A stretch of DNA of 64,000 nt, from positions 134,246,462 through 134,310,461 of the forward strand of contig NC_068983.1 of NCBI RefSeq assembly GCF_001194135.2, given 5' to 3'. The notes below the pieces were generated by a model. That model was not told the DNA's origin. It saw only the letters and a list, made by a program, of their open reading frames with translations, and searched no databases. Shown here piece after piece: positions 38,911 to 54,109 of the stretch; within the stretch, counting starts at the first letter, position 1; every line of letters begins with the position of its first letter. The translations under genes and the position numbers were made by a program. The DNA is from Octopus bimaculoides. Its lineage: Eukaryota.

Positions 38911-39179
38911 GAAGTTATTCAAATCTGGAATCGGACAACATGGCCCACTAGGGTAGAGAGTTATTGTTTACGGAGACATATCCAGGTGTTGGAGGTTTAT
39001 CCTGGATTTCTTGAAGGAATTTGACCAAACACTTCTTGAACTTTATGGAACCTGTTTCTACTTTAATGTGTTGTGGTGTAATATCTGAAAAGTAAGGTAA
39101 AAAAAAAAGTTAGAAGAAAGCTAGGGGTCTTTAAAAGAAGTGTTCTCAAAAAACTGACACATCTTGTATAAAATATGCG

Positions 39180-39244
<65 letters not shown>

Positions 39245-39575
39245 TACATATATAAGATATACAGTTAAAGGGTGTTTGTATAAATATAAAAAAATACGTA
39301 AACAACTGGGAAAACAACTCACTCTAAAGTACAGTGCAAGATATTTTTGATAATTTTAAAACCAGGGACTTCGCAGTTTCATCAATGGTTGGTCTCATAT
39401 ACATGTTCACACATATACACTTACAACACACACTTGCACACACATATAAACATATATATATATACTCAAAATCTGCTATAGGTTACCGTGTCCTAACCGG
39501 GATAAGCTTCAGTTATGTTGTAAGACATTCCAGTAATAGTGAAATAACAAAAGTGTGTCTAAGTATGTAAATGCA

Positions 39576-39606
<31 letters not shown>

Positions 39607-41466
39607 CAAGCCGGCAGGTAGGCAGGCAGGCAGACAAGCAGAAGTCAAACAGACAGACATACACCCGACAAACAAGTCAATAGTAGTGTTATTTATGGAA
39701 GAAGCACAAGGAGATGTTTCGTAAATAAACAATAAATTAACGGTAGACTCTTGGCTATAATGGCAGGCACGTGGCTGCAGTCGATGTCGTGATATGATAG
39801 TGCTGGTTATAGTAGTGGTTGAGGTGGTGAGTATTCTGGTGTTGGTGGAAGTCATTGTAATATTTTATTACAGAAACGTAGTGGTCGGTTGGGTTGTAGA
39901 TTGTTTGGTTGAAACCTTGAAACATTCATTGATGCTGCGGTTAGCACGTAACAAGTTAAATGGACCGGGACTTGCTTGGCGGGAGTACTGGTCGAACTGG
40001 TGGTCTTCTCCACAGGCACTCTAGTCAAACCACCCACTAGACAACAACATTTATTCCCCCCCCCTCTCTCTCTCTCTCTTCGTAGTCGTCTTTTGTTATT
40101 TTGTATAATCCTGATAAATGGGTTGTCTGTAAATGTCTACGACTGTGTCAGCATGTATGTATGTGTTTTTGTGAATGTGTATGTGTATTTGTGTGTCAGT
40201 TACTATTGCCCATTCAATACAAGTAAAAGTGTAACGTTCCCTTACCCCACTTCTGACGAAGAAACCGGAACATTCATTTCCCAACGCACAAGTAAAACCA
40301 ACACCGCCACAACCACCGTTACAGAACATATATAAATCTCATTCACATGCGGCCGACTCCAGAAGGATGAAAGGAAAGTTGATTTCGTTCGGATTCGAAT
40401 GCTGAGCGTAAGAGGCTGTAACCAAATACGACATGCATTTTAATTTGTTGCCAATCCATTGTTGATCTGACGATTGACTTGCAAGAAATGACAGTCACAA
40501 CCCCCTCAAATCACACGCTATCGCTGCGATTTTGATTTCCTTGTGGTACACTGTACTAAAAATTACTGGTGAACTTCGTAAGAAAAGTTAAAGAAGCAAA
40601 CTGTTTTCGAGTGAAAAGATATTGAAAAACTGTTGCTTACCATCATAAATTATTCATACTTGTGCGTAACAACATTATGAATAACATTTTTCAAGACTCA
40701 AATATCTGTATGGATTTTCTAAAGCTTTCAATTATATTTGATAATAAAAAAAGCAGTGCACTTAGACACCCATCGTGTCACTTCTAAACACCACCTACAT
40801 TGCACCCGGACATCCATTAAGAAACAATGCTTGAAAACCAACACCCTAGTATCTTTGTGAAGGAACACATTAACGTTGTCCAGGATGCACCGGGTATGAA
40901 AAATGATATGATAGCAATGGCCGGAGTGTCTTTAGTCATGGGTCGTCTCGATCAGTGCTGAACTGGTGCTAAACATAAAAGAAAAAGCTTGCACAGTCTA
41001 GATTCCCTATACTTGATGCTATTCTCACAAATATTGGTTTCTTTTTAATAAGCAAAGTACTGTTGCGTTTGATCATTACTTCTACATGATTGTTACAAAT
41101 TTGAGTCAACCACCATCACTTGAGAAAAAGGTGCGAATGTAAATATAGTGATCCACGTAAAAGTCGAAACCTCAATCCCTACACTTACGAGAGCTTACCA
41201 ATCCATAAAAGGCAATAAATTCATAGAAACGAAAGAAATAGGAAAAGATATTGGGTTGTATTCAATAGAAAATACAACAGTGAAGCAGCAAACTAAAATC
41301 AATAAGTTCTTCGGAAATTAGTACAAACTGAGCCAACGGTGGTATTTGTATGTTTGGTTTATGACGTAGCAATGGGTTCGATCCCACTGTGTAGCACCCA
41401 AGAAAGTATATTTTTCTAACGCATTTTGGGTGAAGTTTCATAGACAGAAATAGCGAATGCCCCTGT

Positions 41467-41508
<42 letters not shown>

Positions 41509-42589
41509 GTGTGTGCGTGTGTGTGTGTGTAAGCAAACCAAAATGCCGTGGGTTTGCAATAACGGCTGAGTGTTCTACAGACAAGCATACCTTGACGTAA
41601 TTTTCAAGTAGCATCAGCGTGATATTTGTATGAAATTCTTAAGTATTATATGCCCGTGCACCTTTAAACTTCATGTGTGTGTGTGTGTGTGTATGTGTGT
41701 GTGTATGTGCGCGTGCGTGTGTGTGTGTGTGCGTGCGTGCGTGTGTAGATACTTATGCCGCCCTCCAATAAAGAAAAACTAGGTCTTAGTGAGTGTATGT
41801 GCGTCTGTAGGCGATTATGTTGTGTTGGTTTTGTTATAACAAAATTTGTTGAACATTTCAACAAAAGGAAAAAAAGATATTTCGTTTTTAACTTTCGTGA
41901 CTATAGCCCACAACGTACGTGAGTCAATGTACGTGTGTATATATTTGTGTGAGTTTGTTGATATTTTTTTAATGTGATGGAAATATGCAAGTACGACTGT
42001 GCAAATGGTTACGTATATGCTGGTATTTTGAAAGTACAACTTTCAGTAAGAAAATATACGGGTTTCTATGAGGAAAATTTACATTTGAATATAGGAAGAA
42101 AGCATTTTTTTTTAAAGACACGAAATCGACATCAGTTCAGAATTTGAAAATACAACTGGAGAGATTTTTGTTTTCTACTTCTCTTGTATTAAACACGTTT
42201 CTTAAAGCCTTTAACTAAGGTTAAGTTAGCATTACACACACACACACACATACATACACATACGTACATATAATAGATATATAAAGATTCCAGTCGAGTG
42301 TTTTGTCAATTATTAAAATGAATCCGCCATTAATCGTCTAATATATGAAAATACAAAATTTAGCTAAAATATTAGTTGATAATTATATTTGCATCAAGTC
42401 GCGAGTAGGAGACATTCGAACATGTTGACGCAACCCTAGCTATAAGAGTGCTTGTATGTACGTGTTTTTATATGTGTGTCTCTCTCTTTCTCTCTTTCTC
42501 AATATATGTATATATATATACGCACATTGGTATATACATATGTATGCTCAGGAAAGGAGAATGTGATAGTCTATTAATAGAGAGTAATA

Positions 42590-42804
42590 ACGGTTTCAAA
42601 TTTTGCCACAAGAGCAGCAGTTTTGGAGGAGGGCATGAGTCGATTACATCGACCCAATGTTCAACTGGTACTTATTTTATCGATCTCGAAAGGATGGAAA
42701 GCAAAGTCGACCTGGGCGGAATTTGAACTCAGAACGTAACGACGAGCGAAATACCGCTAAGTGTTTCGTCTAGCGTGCTAACGAATCTGTCACCTCACCG
42801 CCTT
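42590..42804 (-). mobile_element. SINE family 1, minus strand
   Basis: Reverse-complement head (gcgtgctaacgaatctgtcacctcaccgcctta), core (aactggtacttattttatcga) and a different tail (ttttgccacaagagcagcagttttgg). Confidence 0.88.
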
Positions 42805-42860
42805 ATAATAGAGAATAATAATAATAATAAATAGACAGCGAGATCTTTTTTATTATTATT

Positions 42861-43089
42861 AAGGCAGTGAGCTGGGAGAATCGTTAGCACCTCGGACAAA
42901 ATGTTTACCAGCATTTCGTCCGGCTTTACGTTCTGGGTTCAAATTCCGCCGAGGTCGACTTTGCCTGTTATCTTTCGAGGTTGATTAAATAAGTACCAGT
43001 TACGCACTGAGGCTGATATAATCGACTGGCCCATCCCACCAAATTTCAGGCATTGTGCCTATAGCAGAAAGGATTATTATTATTATTAT
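42861..43089 (+). mobile_element. SINE family 1, plus strand, flanked by (ATT)n
   Basis: Full head, core and tail; tattattatt before and ggattattattattattat after. Confidence 0.88.
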
Positions 43090-43686
43090 ATGACATAATT
43101 TACTTTTAACTGACTGTCATCTCTTCTTACTACAATCTCATTCTCATATAATAATATCAAATATATAACTGGCTCCATTTTCTCCTTATAGACACTTTAA
43201 AAAATTACAATGGTACACAAGTTGATAGCTAACACGAATTGAATAAAATGAAATAGACAGAAGGTTATAGAAAAACGGCAAGCGTCCGACGTGTGTTAAG
43301 AAGGGTGTTTTCAATTTTTACTGCAAGCCGCTGTATTAAATAGGAAGGTGAATGTGTATGCATGCATGTGGGAGAGGGGTGAGGATATAGACTCTAATCT
43401 AATGACTGAAACAAGTGCAAGAAAAATTTAAGGTACAAAGATCTAATATATCTAAATAAATAGCACACCTGTTTTTGTTTCTTCTAAAGTGATTACAACG
43501 GCGGGAGTAAACCACCATATGCTGTCGGATCCGCTGCTGATATTGGGGGCTCCATTCTATGCCTTGACCCAAGCATAGACCGAGGCTTGCCTCTTTGAGC
43601 TGGGAAATGAATGGAATGTCTGGTGTATGTCTTGCTGTGGCTACCCCCTCCAAAAACATGGGGAGTAGACCTGAGTATATGATGGT

Positions 43687-43734
<48 letters not shown>

Positions 43735-44062
43735 NNNNNNNNNNNNNNNNNNNNNNNNNNNNNNNNNNNNNNNNNNNNNNNNNNNNNNNNNNNNNNNNNN
43801 NNNNNNNNNNNNNNNNNNNNNNNNNNNNNNNNNNNNNNNNNNNNNNNNNNNNNNNNNNNNNNNNNNNNNNNNNNNNNNNNNNNNNNNNNNNNNNNNNNNN
43901 NNNNNNNNNNNNNNNNNNNNNNNNNNNNNNNNNNNNNNNNNNNNNNNNNNNNNNNTCGAAGAGTAGGGCAGGACGCATCGTTAAAATGGCTCTTCCCATG
44001 GATCACAAATTAAATTTGTATACATAAATTAAACTGTACCATTGAGGAATGTAGTGGCGGAC

Positions 44063-44149
44063 AGAAAACAAGACAGGAAAACAAACGGAAAAGAAAACAA
44101 GACAGGAAAACAAACGGAAAAGAAAACAAGACAGGAAAACAAACGGAAA
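44063..44149. repeat. Tandem repeat, 29-bp unit x3 (agaaaacaagacaggaaaacaaacggaaa)
   Basis: Three perfect copies starting at 44063, 44092 and 44121. Confidence 0.92.
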
Positions 44150-44970
44150 AGGCTATACGGCCAGACTAGAAAAATTATGTGTATGTGGAACGCTATACAC
44201 GCACATAATAATTGGAGCACTAGGTTTTGTTAAAGGAGAATCTGGATAAACTGAGATTTTCAGAAAGAGGAACTGACCGGCTGATTCGTACATTACAAGA
44301 GCAATCTGTGAGTGGAACAGTAAAAATATGCATCACTTTTCTCATGTTCCAAATGTGGATTTGTCTGTGTTAACTACATCCCAATGATGGAGCCTTGTGT
44401 CTTTGTTGGAAACCGGTCTCCTCCTCAGTGGAAGATTTCTAATAATTAGAAGATAGAAGAGACATACACATACGCATACATATAATATTTATTTAAACAA
44501 TTTCTCTAAAGAGAGAAAGGTGGTCTTGTACGTGTGTACCAGAGTGTATGTGTGTGTCATTTGCATACGTATGTCAGTGAAAACAAAAGCGTTAGACAGT
44601 GTGTTCTCATTAAGAGAGAATAAGAGAAAAAAGAGAAAGAAATGGGGAGGAGTCCAGCATTTGTTATTGGTATTTCATTCAAACCCCTCTCGTATGCAAA
44701 CTAAAAAAGATAACACGATCCTTACTTACACTAACTGTCTTTCAGATGCCCACTTCTGTACACGTAAACAGACACACGCACGTGCACGCACACTCACTCA
44801 TATACACACACATACCTACATGCATACATACATACATACATACATATATTTCCCTTTTGCATTTTTCAAAATATTTTTGCAAAAATCCTTTCACTAATTC
44901 ACTGTAGATAAAAAGATTGATAGCCAGACAGGCAGACAGACAGGCAGACTAACAAATAGTCAGAGAGTCG

Positions 44971-45002
<32 letters not shown>

Positions 45003-45419
45003 TACAGACACACACACACACACGCACACATACACACACACACACGGACAGACAGACAGACAGATAGACACACAAACACACACACACACACACACAGGTA
45101 GATACAAAGATAAAGGTAGTTAAATTGACACAGATATACAGACAGAAAGAAACGAAATACAAAGCACCCATCACAATGGGAGAGAAAGGATGTGTGTATG
45201 TATGTGCGCGTGTGCATGCGTGTGCGCTTGTGTATGAGTGTGCGCGTGTATATATGTGTGCGTGTGTATGTGTGTGCGCGTGTGTTCGTGCTTGAGACAG
45301 AGTGAAAGAGAGAGAGAGGGGGAGAGAGAGAGAGAGGAGGAGAGAGATGAGACATGAGTAAAGACATTAAGATTATATTGAAGTCTGCTGAGTGCAGTGA
45401 CGCAATAAAATACGCTTCA

Positions 45420-45472
<53 letters not shown>

Positions 45473-45542
45473 TACAAATCCATGACACAATTGTGCAGTG
45501 TTTGTTTAAAGTAGTCACTATCATCGACTGGGAGAAATGTCA

Positions 45543-45585
<43 letters not shown>

Positions 45586-46480
45586 CTAGTTAATAGTTTG
45601 AGTTTTAGCGAAGAAGTAACTAATGGCCTTCATTTTTGTTTCCTCTTTTGTACATGATTCCTCCTGGCATCTTTCTTTTGAAGGAATCCCAGAAGCGTAC
45701 GTTTCTAGAGATGAATGATTAGACGATAAAATTCAATATCTGATGGGTGTGATTGCGCAGAGAAGTATGAGGATAACTAGTTTCCTTGGAGCAAATGCAA
45801 TTCTAAATTCGGAATTAGAGGCAAAGAGAAGAAACAACGCCTCGGTGAGTAGTTGTTGAATGAAACTACCAATGAGCCAAATGGCCATCTGGATATTTGT
45901 TAATATAGTAGCAACAATATCTCAGATATCTGAATAAGAGGATCTTGAATTTTGCTGAGTTAGTGACTGATCAGATATGAAATATCTTCAGACATTCTGC
46001 GGCAATGGGAACACTGGAATTCAGTGTCTACAATGTTATACGTGTCTGCCATGAGAAATTATGATGCCAAGCAATTTAACAACTTTGAGTTAGTTTTAAA
46101 AGGAGAGAGGATGTAGTACAAGATGGTTTCATTGATATGTGTATATAGTGTATTTTGGTGCTGCTGAAGGAGACTAAGTTGTCATAATTTTGAAGGTGTT
46201 TTATTGTAGTACCAGCACAAGAGCGAGATTTTCATATAGGACTTAGAGCTCCGTCAAGCTAGTATACGAATTGATTGCATTTCGGATAGACCAGAGTCCC
46301 TGTCCGGTTTTCACTACTGTGGTAGAAGCCATATCGTCCCTAGGACTATTCTTCGATAAAAATTTGAAAGGCTACCAGAAGAGAAGGATACTCGGAGAGA
46401 TGAGAAAGAGTGGGGAGAGGGGGTGTAAAATTGAGTGTGAAAGCAGAAAATACAAGGGAAAGTAAAGGAAGAAGACGATT

Positions 46481-46540
46481 AAGAAGACCAACATTAAAAG
46501 CTTGCAAGTGAAGAAGACCAACATTAAAAGCTTGCAAGTG
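46481..46540. repeat. Perfect 30-bp tandem duplication
   Basis: aagaagaccaacattaaaagcttgcaagtg x2. Confidence 0.92.
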
Positions 46541-47800
46541 AGTATCTGAAAACATACAAGAGAAGTTAGAAACCTCATTTTAGTAGGCGAAATTTCGCCC
46601 GCATTTAAATTTAAAACCGTCGATAACGTAGTTAATCACAATTGATATGAAAAAAGAAGTAACGACTCGTACAGGTCTATAAAGTTTAACGGTAATTTAA
46701 CAAACGTTCGAATTTGTAAAATAAAGCATTTTTCAGAATGGATGCACCGACACAGGTTCTTATGCACTTGCAGTTCGCCCCTGGCATTAAAAAGATTCCC
46801 CCGTCCCCGTAGAATAAAGACATAGGAGTTAAGTCTAGCAATTAAAAATGTGCATGAAAAGGAAAAATAAGCAGGGCAAAGGTAGTGAGAGGGAAGCGAC
46901 GGGAATATTTGAGAAACTAATATAACTAATATAACTATTTAGCAGACTGGTAATGTGTCGAATGACACGAACACACATGCGCGCTCGCGTGTGCGTGTGT
47001 GTATGTGTGTGTGCGTGTGTGCGTGTGTGCGTGTGTGCGCGCGCGTGCTTGTGTGTGTGTAAATAGATACATCCATACATACATACATACATGCATGCAT
47101 ACAAAGTTAAAGGGGAAGACTGACCGCTTTCTCAGATCTTGGTCTTGCCTGAGTTACTCATCAGTAAAACCAGATATTCGTTATTAAATATCTCCTACTT
47201 AATTTTAATTAGCACACTAAAATAGTGGCTTTGTTATGCATATCTAAATTCGTATAGACACATTATATATGCGTGTGATTGTGTATGTGTACCTAACATG
47301 TAATATGCCATTTCTGGAGTATTCTTACTTATGTATGCATTTTATCTCTTCAACATATCAACAATTGTAGGAAGAAACAGTTTGTCTACAAGGGACTCCA
47401 CCGCCTTTTTGATAGATTTTGATTTTTAATATTCAGGCATCCTACTCAAACTGGAAAAGATTTCTGTGTGGTGTTGCCGAACCGAACATGGTTAGATTGT
47501 ACCGACATACGTAGTGCCACTTGCAGACGATTAAAAATCCAAACTGTCTTTTCTTTATTGTTTATTGCTTGAAACTATTTACCATCCTTGTTTAATTAGA
47601 ATCAGTTGCAATTATCACTAGGAGCTTCTTCACCTTTCTCTCCGACCGAAAATAATTACGGTAAATCAAGAATTTATCGATATATTTTTGTTTGTACTTG
47701 GTATACAATTCATCAATTCATACCGTATGCATGTATCTATGCATATATTTATGCATGTATGTAGGTATGTACCTGTATGTGTGTGCGTTAGTATTTGTAT

Positions 47801-47859
<59 letters not shown>

Positions 47860-47920
47860 CAGATAGAGAGTGAGAGAGAGAGAGAAAGAGAGAAAGTGAG
47901 AGAGAGATGCGTATGTGTCA

Positions 47921-47951
<31 letters not shown>

Positions 47952-48162
47952 NNNNNNNNNNNNNNNNNNNNNNNNNNNNNNNNNNNNNNNNNNNNNNNNN
48001 NNNNNNNNNNNNNNNNNNNNNNNNNNNNNNNNNNNNNNNNNNNNNNNNNNNNNNNNNNNNNNNNNNNNNNNNNACGTAAACACACCAAACATTAGTTGTC
48101 AAGCGACAGTGCATATATTGTCAAGCGACTGAATATATTGCCTACACCCTGGCAAGAGATAC

Positions 48163-48241
<79 letters not shown>

Positions 48242-48551
48242 TGTGTGTGTAAGTGAGTGAGTGTCAGCTTCCTATGTGGTTACCGTTCCGACATATCAGG
48301 TGAACAGGTCTACATCTAATCGTCAATAAGTGCACGAAGGAAGGCGACGAGATATCGCCTTGTGTTCTCCCCTTCGATCTTGTGAAGGAACTCTCCACCA
48401 ACCTGATAGCGCAAGCAAAGATATCTTAAATACTCCTAATACACTCCAAAAGTTTAGATATTTTCAGCTGGGATTCACTTGATATATAAATAGATCTGTC
48501 CGAGCCAAGGTTTACACCTAGGTTTAAACAACAAAAACAAAAATGTCTTTC

Positions 48552-48591
<40 letters not shown>

Positions 48592-50899
48592 GCACATGAG
48601 TGTGTATGTATGTATGTATGTATGTATGTATGTATGTATGCATGTATGTGTGTATTTGTGTGTGTGTATCTGTAAGTATATCTATGCATATATTTATCTA
48701 TGTACGTTTATATGTATCTGTATATATACGTATGTATGCTGTTACGTTCATATACATGTATGTGTATATATATATATATATATGAGCATAACAGCATACA
48801 CGCTTATACACAAAACATACATACAAATATAACATGTAACAGGTTGCCGTGCCAATGTATACACAGGTGGACGGTAAGTCATGGCACGAATCTGTTATAT
48901 TTTCATTGCCGCTTCATTTTAACTACTATACAGGTGTCCAATCAATGGCTGCTTCAGAAGGTTAAAAACATGTGTGTGTGTATGTGTGTGTGTGTGTGTG
49001 TGTGTCTGTGTCTGTGTCTGTGTGTGTGCATGTATATATATATNNNNNNNNNNGTCTGTGTCTGTGTCTGTGTGTGTGCATGTATATATATATACATGTA
49101 TGTATGTATGTATTTGCGTGTGTGTACGTGTTTGTACGTGTGCGTATATGTATGTATGCACCAAGGTGTGTGGTTGCCTGTCGAGAGTGGGGGCAATAGC
49201 CTATAAACCTCTTTACAGGTGTACAGCGCTGTTTCAATTCGAGCTACATCGTGTTTAAACAAAGCGCGCCCACCACCGCCACCGGCTCCACCTTTACCAT
49301 CGCCATTACCACATCATCACTGTGTTTGAGATATAAAACTTTACACGTGACTGCAGCCCACCGTTTCAATGCTAAGGGTTCAGTCTTTAGTCTTGTTAGG
49401 TTGATTAAGAGAAAGAAAAACAAACAAAGCAAAGAAACAAAAAAAAACAGCAGCAACAAACTTAAAAGAAATAAAGCAAACGAAAATGGGAAAGGTATAT
49501 GCAGGAGTGTAGAATGCGAGNNNNNNNNNNNNNNNNNNNNNNNNNNNNNNNNNNNNNNNNNNNNNNNNNNNNNNNNNNNNNNNNNNNNNNNNNNNNNNNN
49601 NNNNNNNNNNNNNNNNNNNNNNNNNNNNNNNNNNNNNNNNNNNNNNNNNNNNNNNNNNNNNNNNNNNNNNNNNNNNNNNNNNNNNNNNNNNNNNNNNNNN
49701 NNNNNNNNNNNNNNNNNNNNNNNNNNNNNNNNNNNNNNNNNNNNNNNNNNNNNNNNNNNNNNNNNNNNNNNNNNNNNNNNNNNNNNNNNNNNNNNNNNNN
49801 NNNNNNNNNNNNNNNNNNNNNNNNNNNNNNNNNNNNNNNNNNNNNNNNNNNNNNNNNNNNNNNNNNNNNNNNNNNNNNNNNNNNNNNNNNNNNNNNNNNN
49901 NNNNNNNNNNNNNNNNNNNNNNNNNNNNNNNNNNNNNNNNNNNNNNNNNNNNNNNNNNNNNNNNNNNNNNNNNNNNNNNNNNNNNNNNNNNNNNNNNNNN
50001 NNNNNNNNNNNNNNNNNNNNNNNNNNNNNNNNNNNNNNNNNNNNNNNNNNNNNNNNNNNNNNNNNNNNNNNNNNNNNNNNNNNNNNNNNNNNNNNNNNNN
50101 NNNNNNNNNNNNNNNNNNNNNNNNNNNNNNNNNNNNNNNNNNNNNNNNNNNNNNNNNNNNNNNNNNNNNNNNNNNNNNNNNNNNNNNNNNNNNNNNNNNN
50201 NNNNNNNNNNNNNNNNNNNNNNNNNNNNNNNNNNNNNNNNNNNNNNNNNNNNNNNNNNNNNNNNNNNNNNNNNNNNNNNNNNNNNNNNNNNNNNNNNNNN
50301 NNNNNNNNNNNNNNNCATGCTATCATTCTATGTTAGCAGGAAAACAAATATTTTGCAAACGAACGAGGAGGTAAATTAATTTTATATATATATATAATGG
50401 GACGCCCGTCGAAAACGACGAATGAATATTCAATAATGAATGGAGAAGCAACTCCAACAAACTCGAAGAAATAAGAATACGGCCCATTCAGACAAATGAC
50501 CCCGCGAACTGAAAAGTCACAAGGTATAAACACAAGAATGGTGCACGCAAAAAATCCCTATCCACGGATAAAAATCTTGCAATATAGTTAATTTATTTTC
50601 CCTTATTTATAATTTTATGTTGGTACAAAGCATTTTATTCGATTTGATGACTACACATATGTATTTTCAGTCCTGAAAGTGTTTTACACACCCGATTACA
50701 AGTTGCACATGCCAGATTTACGTTACTTCAAGCAGAATGAGCACACTCATAATTGAGACAGTGATAGTTTACAAGATTATTCGTATTTCTATAATTTCGC
50801 TTTCTGTTTTCATGCAACTAGTTATGGCGATGGATTCTTTGTGCTTCAAAATTTGCTTGTCCTGTATGACACTATATTCTCCAACCATTTCGCCTTTTT

Positions 50900-51582
50900 G
50901 CAATATACACCCAGTGGATAATTTTTTTCTGTTGAAGTATCTTAAATGACCCCTAAATATGTCTTTATCCCTTAGTATATAGTATACCATAGTAATGGTC
51001 TGCCAACCTTATATCGTAAGGTTTTTAGTTGTCCATAAATGACTTGCTTTGCAATTCTATCATCATTCATTCGCAAAATATAACCACAACACCCCAGTTT
51101 AACCCTGATCAGGAAATTTCCTATGCCAGGGAAGTTACACATAGACAAAATATCACTGTTCCTCACTATATCATCCCATTTTATTTTGCATATTTGTCCC
51201 AGGCTTCTCATATGAAGGCCGTTTCCTTTATTACTACCCCATTTATTTCATTTATTACTACCCCATACAAGAGAGTTGTTATGACGACTGCTTTATAGAT
51301 TTCAATTTTGGTTTTAATAGAAACTTCATGATTATTCCATAGTCTCTGGCACGGTTTGCCAAAAGCTGAACAAGCTTTGCCAATACGTGTTTCAATTTCT
51401 TTATAAAGCTTGGAGTACTGTTTGTCACAGTAGGGTCAAAATAGGTGAAAGAACAGGCTGTTTTAAGAACTTTTCTTTCAATAAACACTCTAGGCATAAT
51501 CTTTGGAGTATTACCGAGACAAGGATGAAAGAAAGGGTCGTTCTTTTTAATGCTTATCGTCAGGCTGAAGGATCTGGCAGCT
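50900..51582 (-). mobile_element. RTE-clade LINE fragment (C-terminal RT region)
   Basis: Minus-strand peptides AARSFSLTISIKK, FTYFDPTVTN, RSLGQICKIKWDDIVRNSDIL, GYILRMNDDRIAKQVIYGQL...GRP match the RTE/BovB pattern FGLxISxKKT...F.YLGS...LRRILxIxWxDxVxN...GHVxRMxDxRIPKQLLYGEL...GRP. Confidence 0.85.
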
Positions 51583-52268
51583 GAGTAAGATTACAATTAA
51601 ATTTACATATGCACGTTTAACAAACATCTCTTTAACTTCGCTCTGGGAACAGGCCCTTTTGGCCAGAGGGTTTCTCTGGAACGCTAAACCTATTTATCTA
51701 TTTTCTATGTCATAAATTGAGGTGAGTTCCTAAGTAATTCAACCAATGTCAAGTATAAAAGTGACCATTTAAAAACTAATACAATCAGCCAGAAATACAT
51801 TTGTGAATAAATAGAAATAAACTTTTAGCATTCGCTGAAATACCTTGTTATATTATCAGCATCTTATGGCTTCTTTGACGTCATAAGTCTCATTCCAGTG
51901 ATCCTAATAACTCTGAAGCACTTTATTTGTACTTAATGAACGCTTGTAGAAATCGGATCAATGAGTGGTGGCGGTCATTGAAAAGAATAATACGTGCGAA
52001 ATCTGTACTATTTCTGAAATAATATATTCTATACTCTTGTGATTTTAGTTTTAAAATCATTAAAATGTCCCAGTGTTTCCGTGAAGTGAGATGACTGGCC
52101 ACATCACAAAATTAATGGCCATACTTTACAATTACAGATAAACACTAGAAACAAAACTAATAGTAGCAAAATTTCTTCAAACCATACCCTACCGTCATAA
52201 AACAGAAAAATCGTATTGAGCATCATAACTTGAAATGATCATAGATCCGTTCAATTAGGGTTGACTAG

Positions 52269-52655
52269 TTGTTGTTGGCATTCCGTCGCTTACGACAACG
52301 AGGGTTCCAGTTGATCCGATCAACGGAACAGCCTGCTCGTGTAATTAACGTGCAAGTAGCTGAGCACTCCACACACACGTGTACCCTTAACGTAGTTCTC
52401 GAGGAGATTCAGCGTGACACAGTGTGACAAGGCTGACCCTTTGAATTACAGGTACAACAGAAACAGGAAGTAAGAGTGAGAGAAGGTTGTGGTGGGAGAG
52501 TACAGCAGGGTTCGCCACCATCCCCTGCCGGAGCCTCGTGGAGCTTTTTAGGTGTTTTCGCTCAATAAACACTCACAACGCCCGGTCTGGGAATCGAAAC
52601 CGCGATCCTATGACCACGAATCCGCTCCCCTAACCACTGGACCATTGCGCCTCCA
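52269..52655 (-). mobile_element. Full-length tRNA-derived SINE, family 3 (~390 bp), with a 10-bp TSD
   Basis: Minus-strand head tggaggcgcaatggtccagtggttaggg (A-box) and ggtttcgattccc (B-box); (AAC)n tail; TSD ggttgactag at 52259-52268 and 52659-52668. Confidence 0.92.
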
Positions 52656-53226
52656 CAAGGTTGACTAGAGCTAAGCAACAAAACAACAACGAGAAATAAA
52701 CATGAAAATTTAGGGTTTAAGTGACAACCTCTATACAGTATTGCCTGTCTTTTTCTCTCTCAATAGGTATGTTACTCGAAATATAAGGAATTAATAAAGT
52801 TTACTTTGTTTGCATTGTACACCGTGCACGCGCGCAGCTAGAGAGAGACAGATTGATTGATTGATTGATTGACAGAAAGAGATAAATACATAGACACATA
52901 CCTACATACATACATACATACATACATACATACATACATACATACATTCATACATACATGCATACGTACATACATACATACATACATACATATATACATA
53001 CATCACCGCTGCCTAACAATGTTTTGTTTCAACACATCGTTTTTGTATATAAAGACAAGTATACACAGCTCTCGTTGCATTTCACGTTGACTAAAAATCT
53101 ATAGATATATTCTGGAGTTTAGTATATATAATATGATGTGTATGCGTATGTGTGTGTATGCGTAAATATGCTATTATGCGCATAAATATATAATGTAAAC
53201 AGTTGAATTGTATAAAGTCTCATACA

Positions 53227-53260
<34 letters not shown>

Positions 53261-53395
53261 ACGTGGACACACACACACACGCACACACACACACACACAC
53301 ACGGACACACCCTAACATTAAAAACGCTTCATTGAGTACTGACATAATAGAATGACACATGGTATGAAATAGTTCTGTGGCTCTGACCCAGACTT

Positions 53396-53457
<62 letters not shown>

Positions 53458-53461
53458 ATAA

Positions 53462-53512
<51 letters not shown>
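53396..53512. repeat. (TAG)n microsatellite with a short TAA interruption
   Basis: Direct reading. Confidence 0.95.
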
Positions 53513-54109
53513 ATATGAAAAATAGTGGGTGTGTCATATGGAAAGGTTTGTACACGTTATGCTTTAGCTACCTCAGTAGTAATAATCTGAAAATATTCAC
53601 TCTACTTATTTGCTCTTTACTCGCGAGAACGTGCACCAACTCAGACACATACAATTAACCTTCTATCCCTTGTCTCTTTCTCCCTCTCTCTCTCTTTCTC
53701 TCTCCCTCCCCTCATCTCACTCTATCTCTATTAATCTACCTGTCTGTGTGTTTAACTATTTGTCTATCCACCTACCTATCTATCTACCTATCTATTTCTC
53801 TATTTTTTTTACTCGCTATTTTTATCCATTTTCTCGAATACATTAAGGTATATTTTCTTATTTCGATTCATGTATATTTTCTCCGCTTTTGCTATGGACG
53901 AACGCGTATATATATTAATAGAAAGAACAACAAAAGAAAGAAAGAGACTTCGATATTATGTAAATAGAGGAATTTATCTGTAAAAATATGTGACACTTAT
54001 TCGGTAGCCATGATAAAACTCCTAGTTAGGATGTTAGGAATAATAAGCTTAGGTTGGTTAGGAGTAATAAAAATAAAAAAATTTATGATCATAGGTATAA
54101 TCGTAATAA

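Noticed and set aside
45760-45850. Possible exon ending at a gtgagt donor near 45845
   Set aside because: No convincing acceptor or homology, and the surrounding 45640-46440 looks more like decayed minus-strand retroelement sequence.
47118-47165. Minus-strand CUGAUGA...GAAAGCGGUC hammerhead-like core
   Set aside because: The only helix (CUCAG/CUGAG) consumes the G of GAAA, and stem I does not form.
52580-52655. tRNA-like sequence with A and B boxes
   Set aside because: It is the head of a TSD-flanked SINE; no complete cloverleaf with a paired acceptor stem is evident. The same applies to the other SINE heads.
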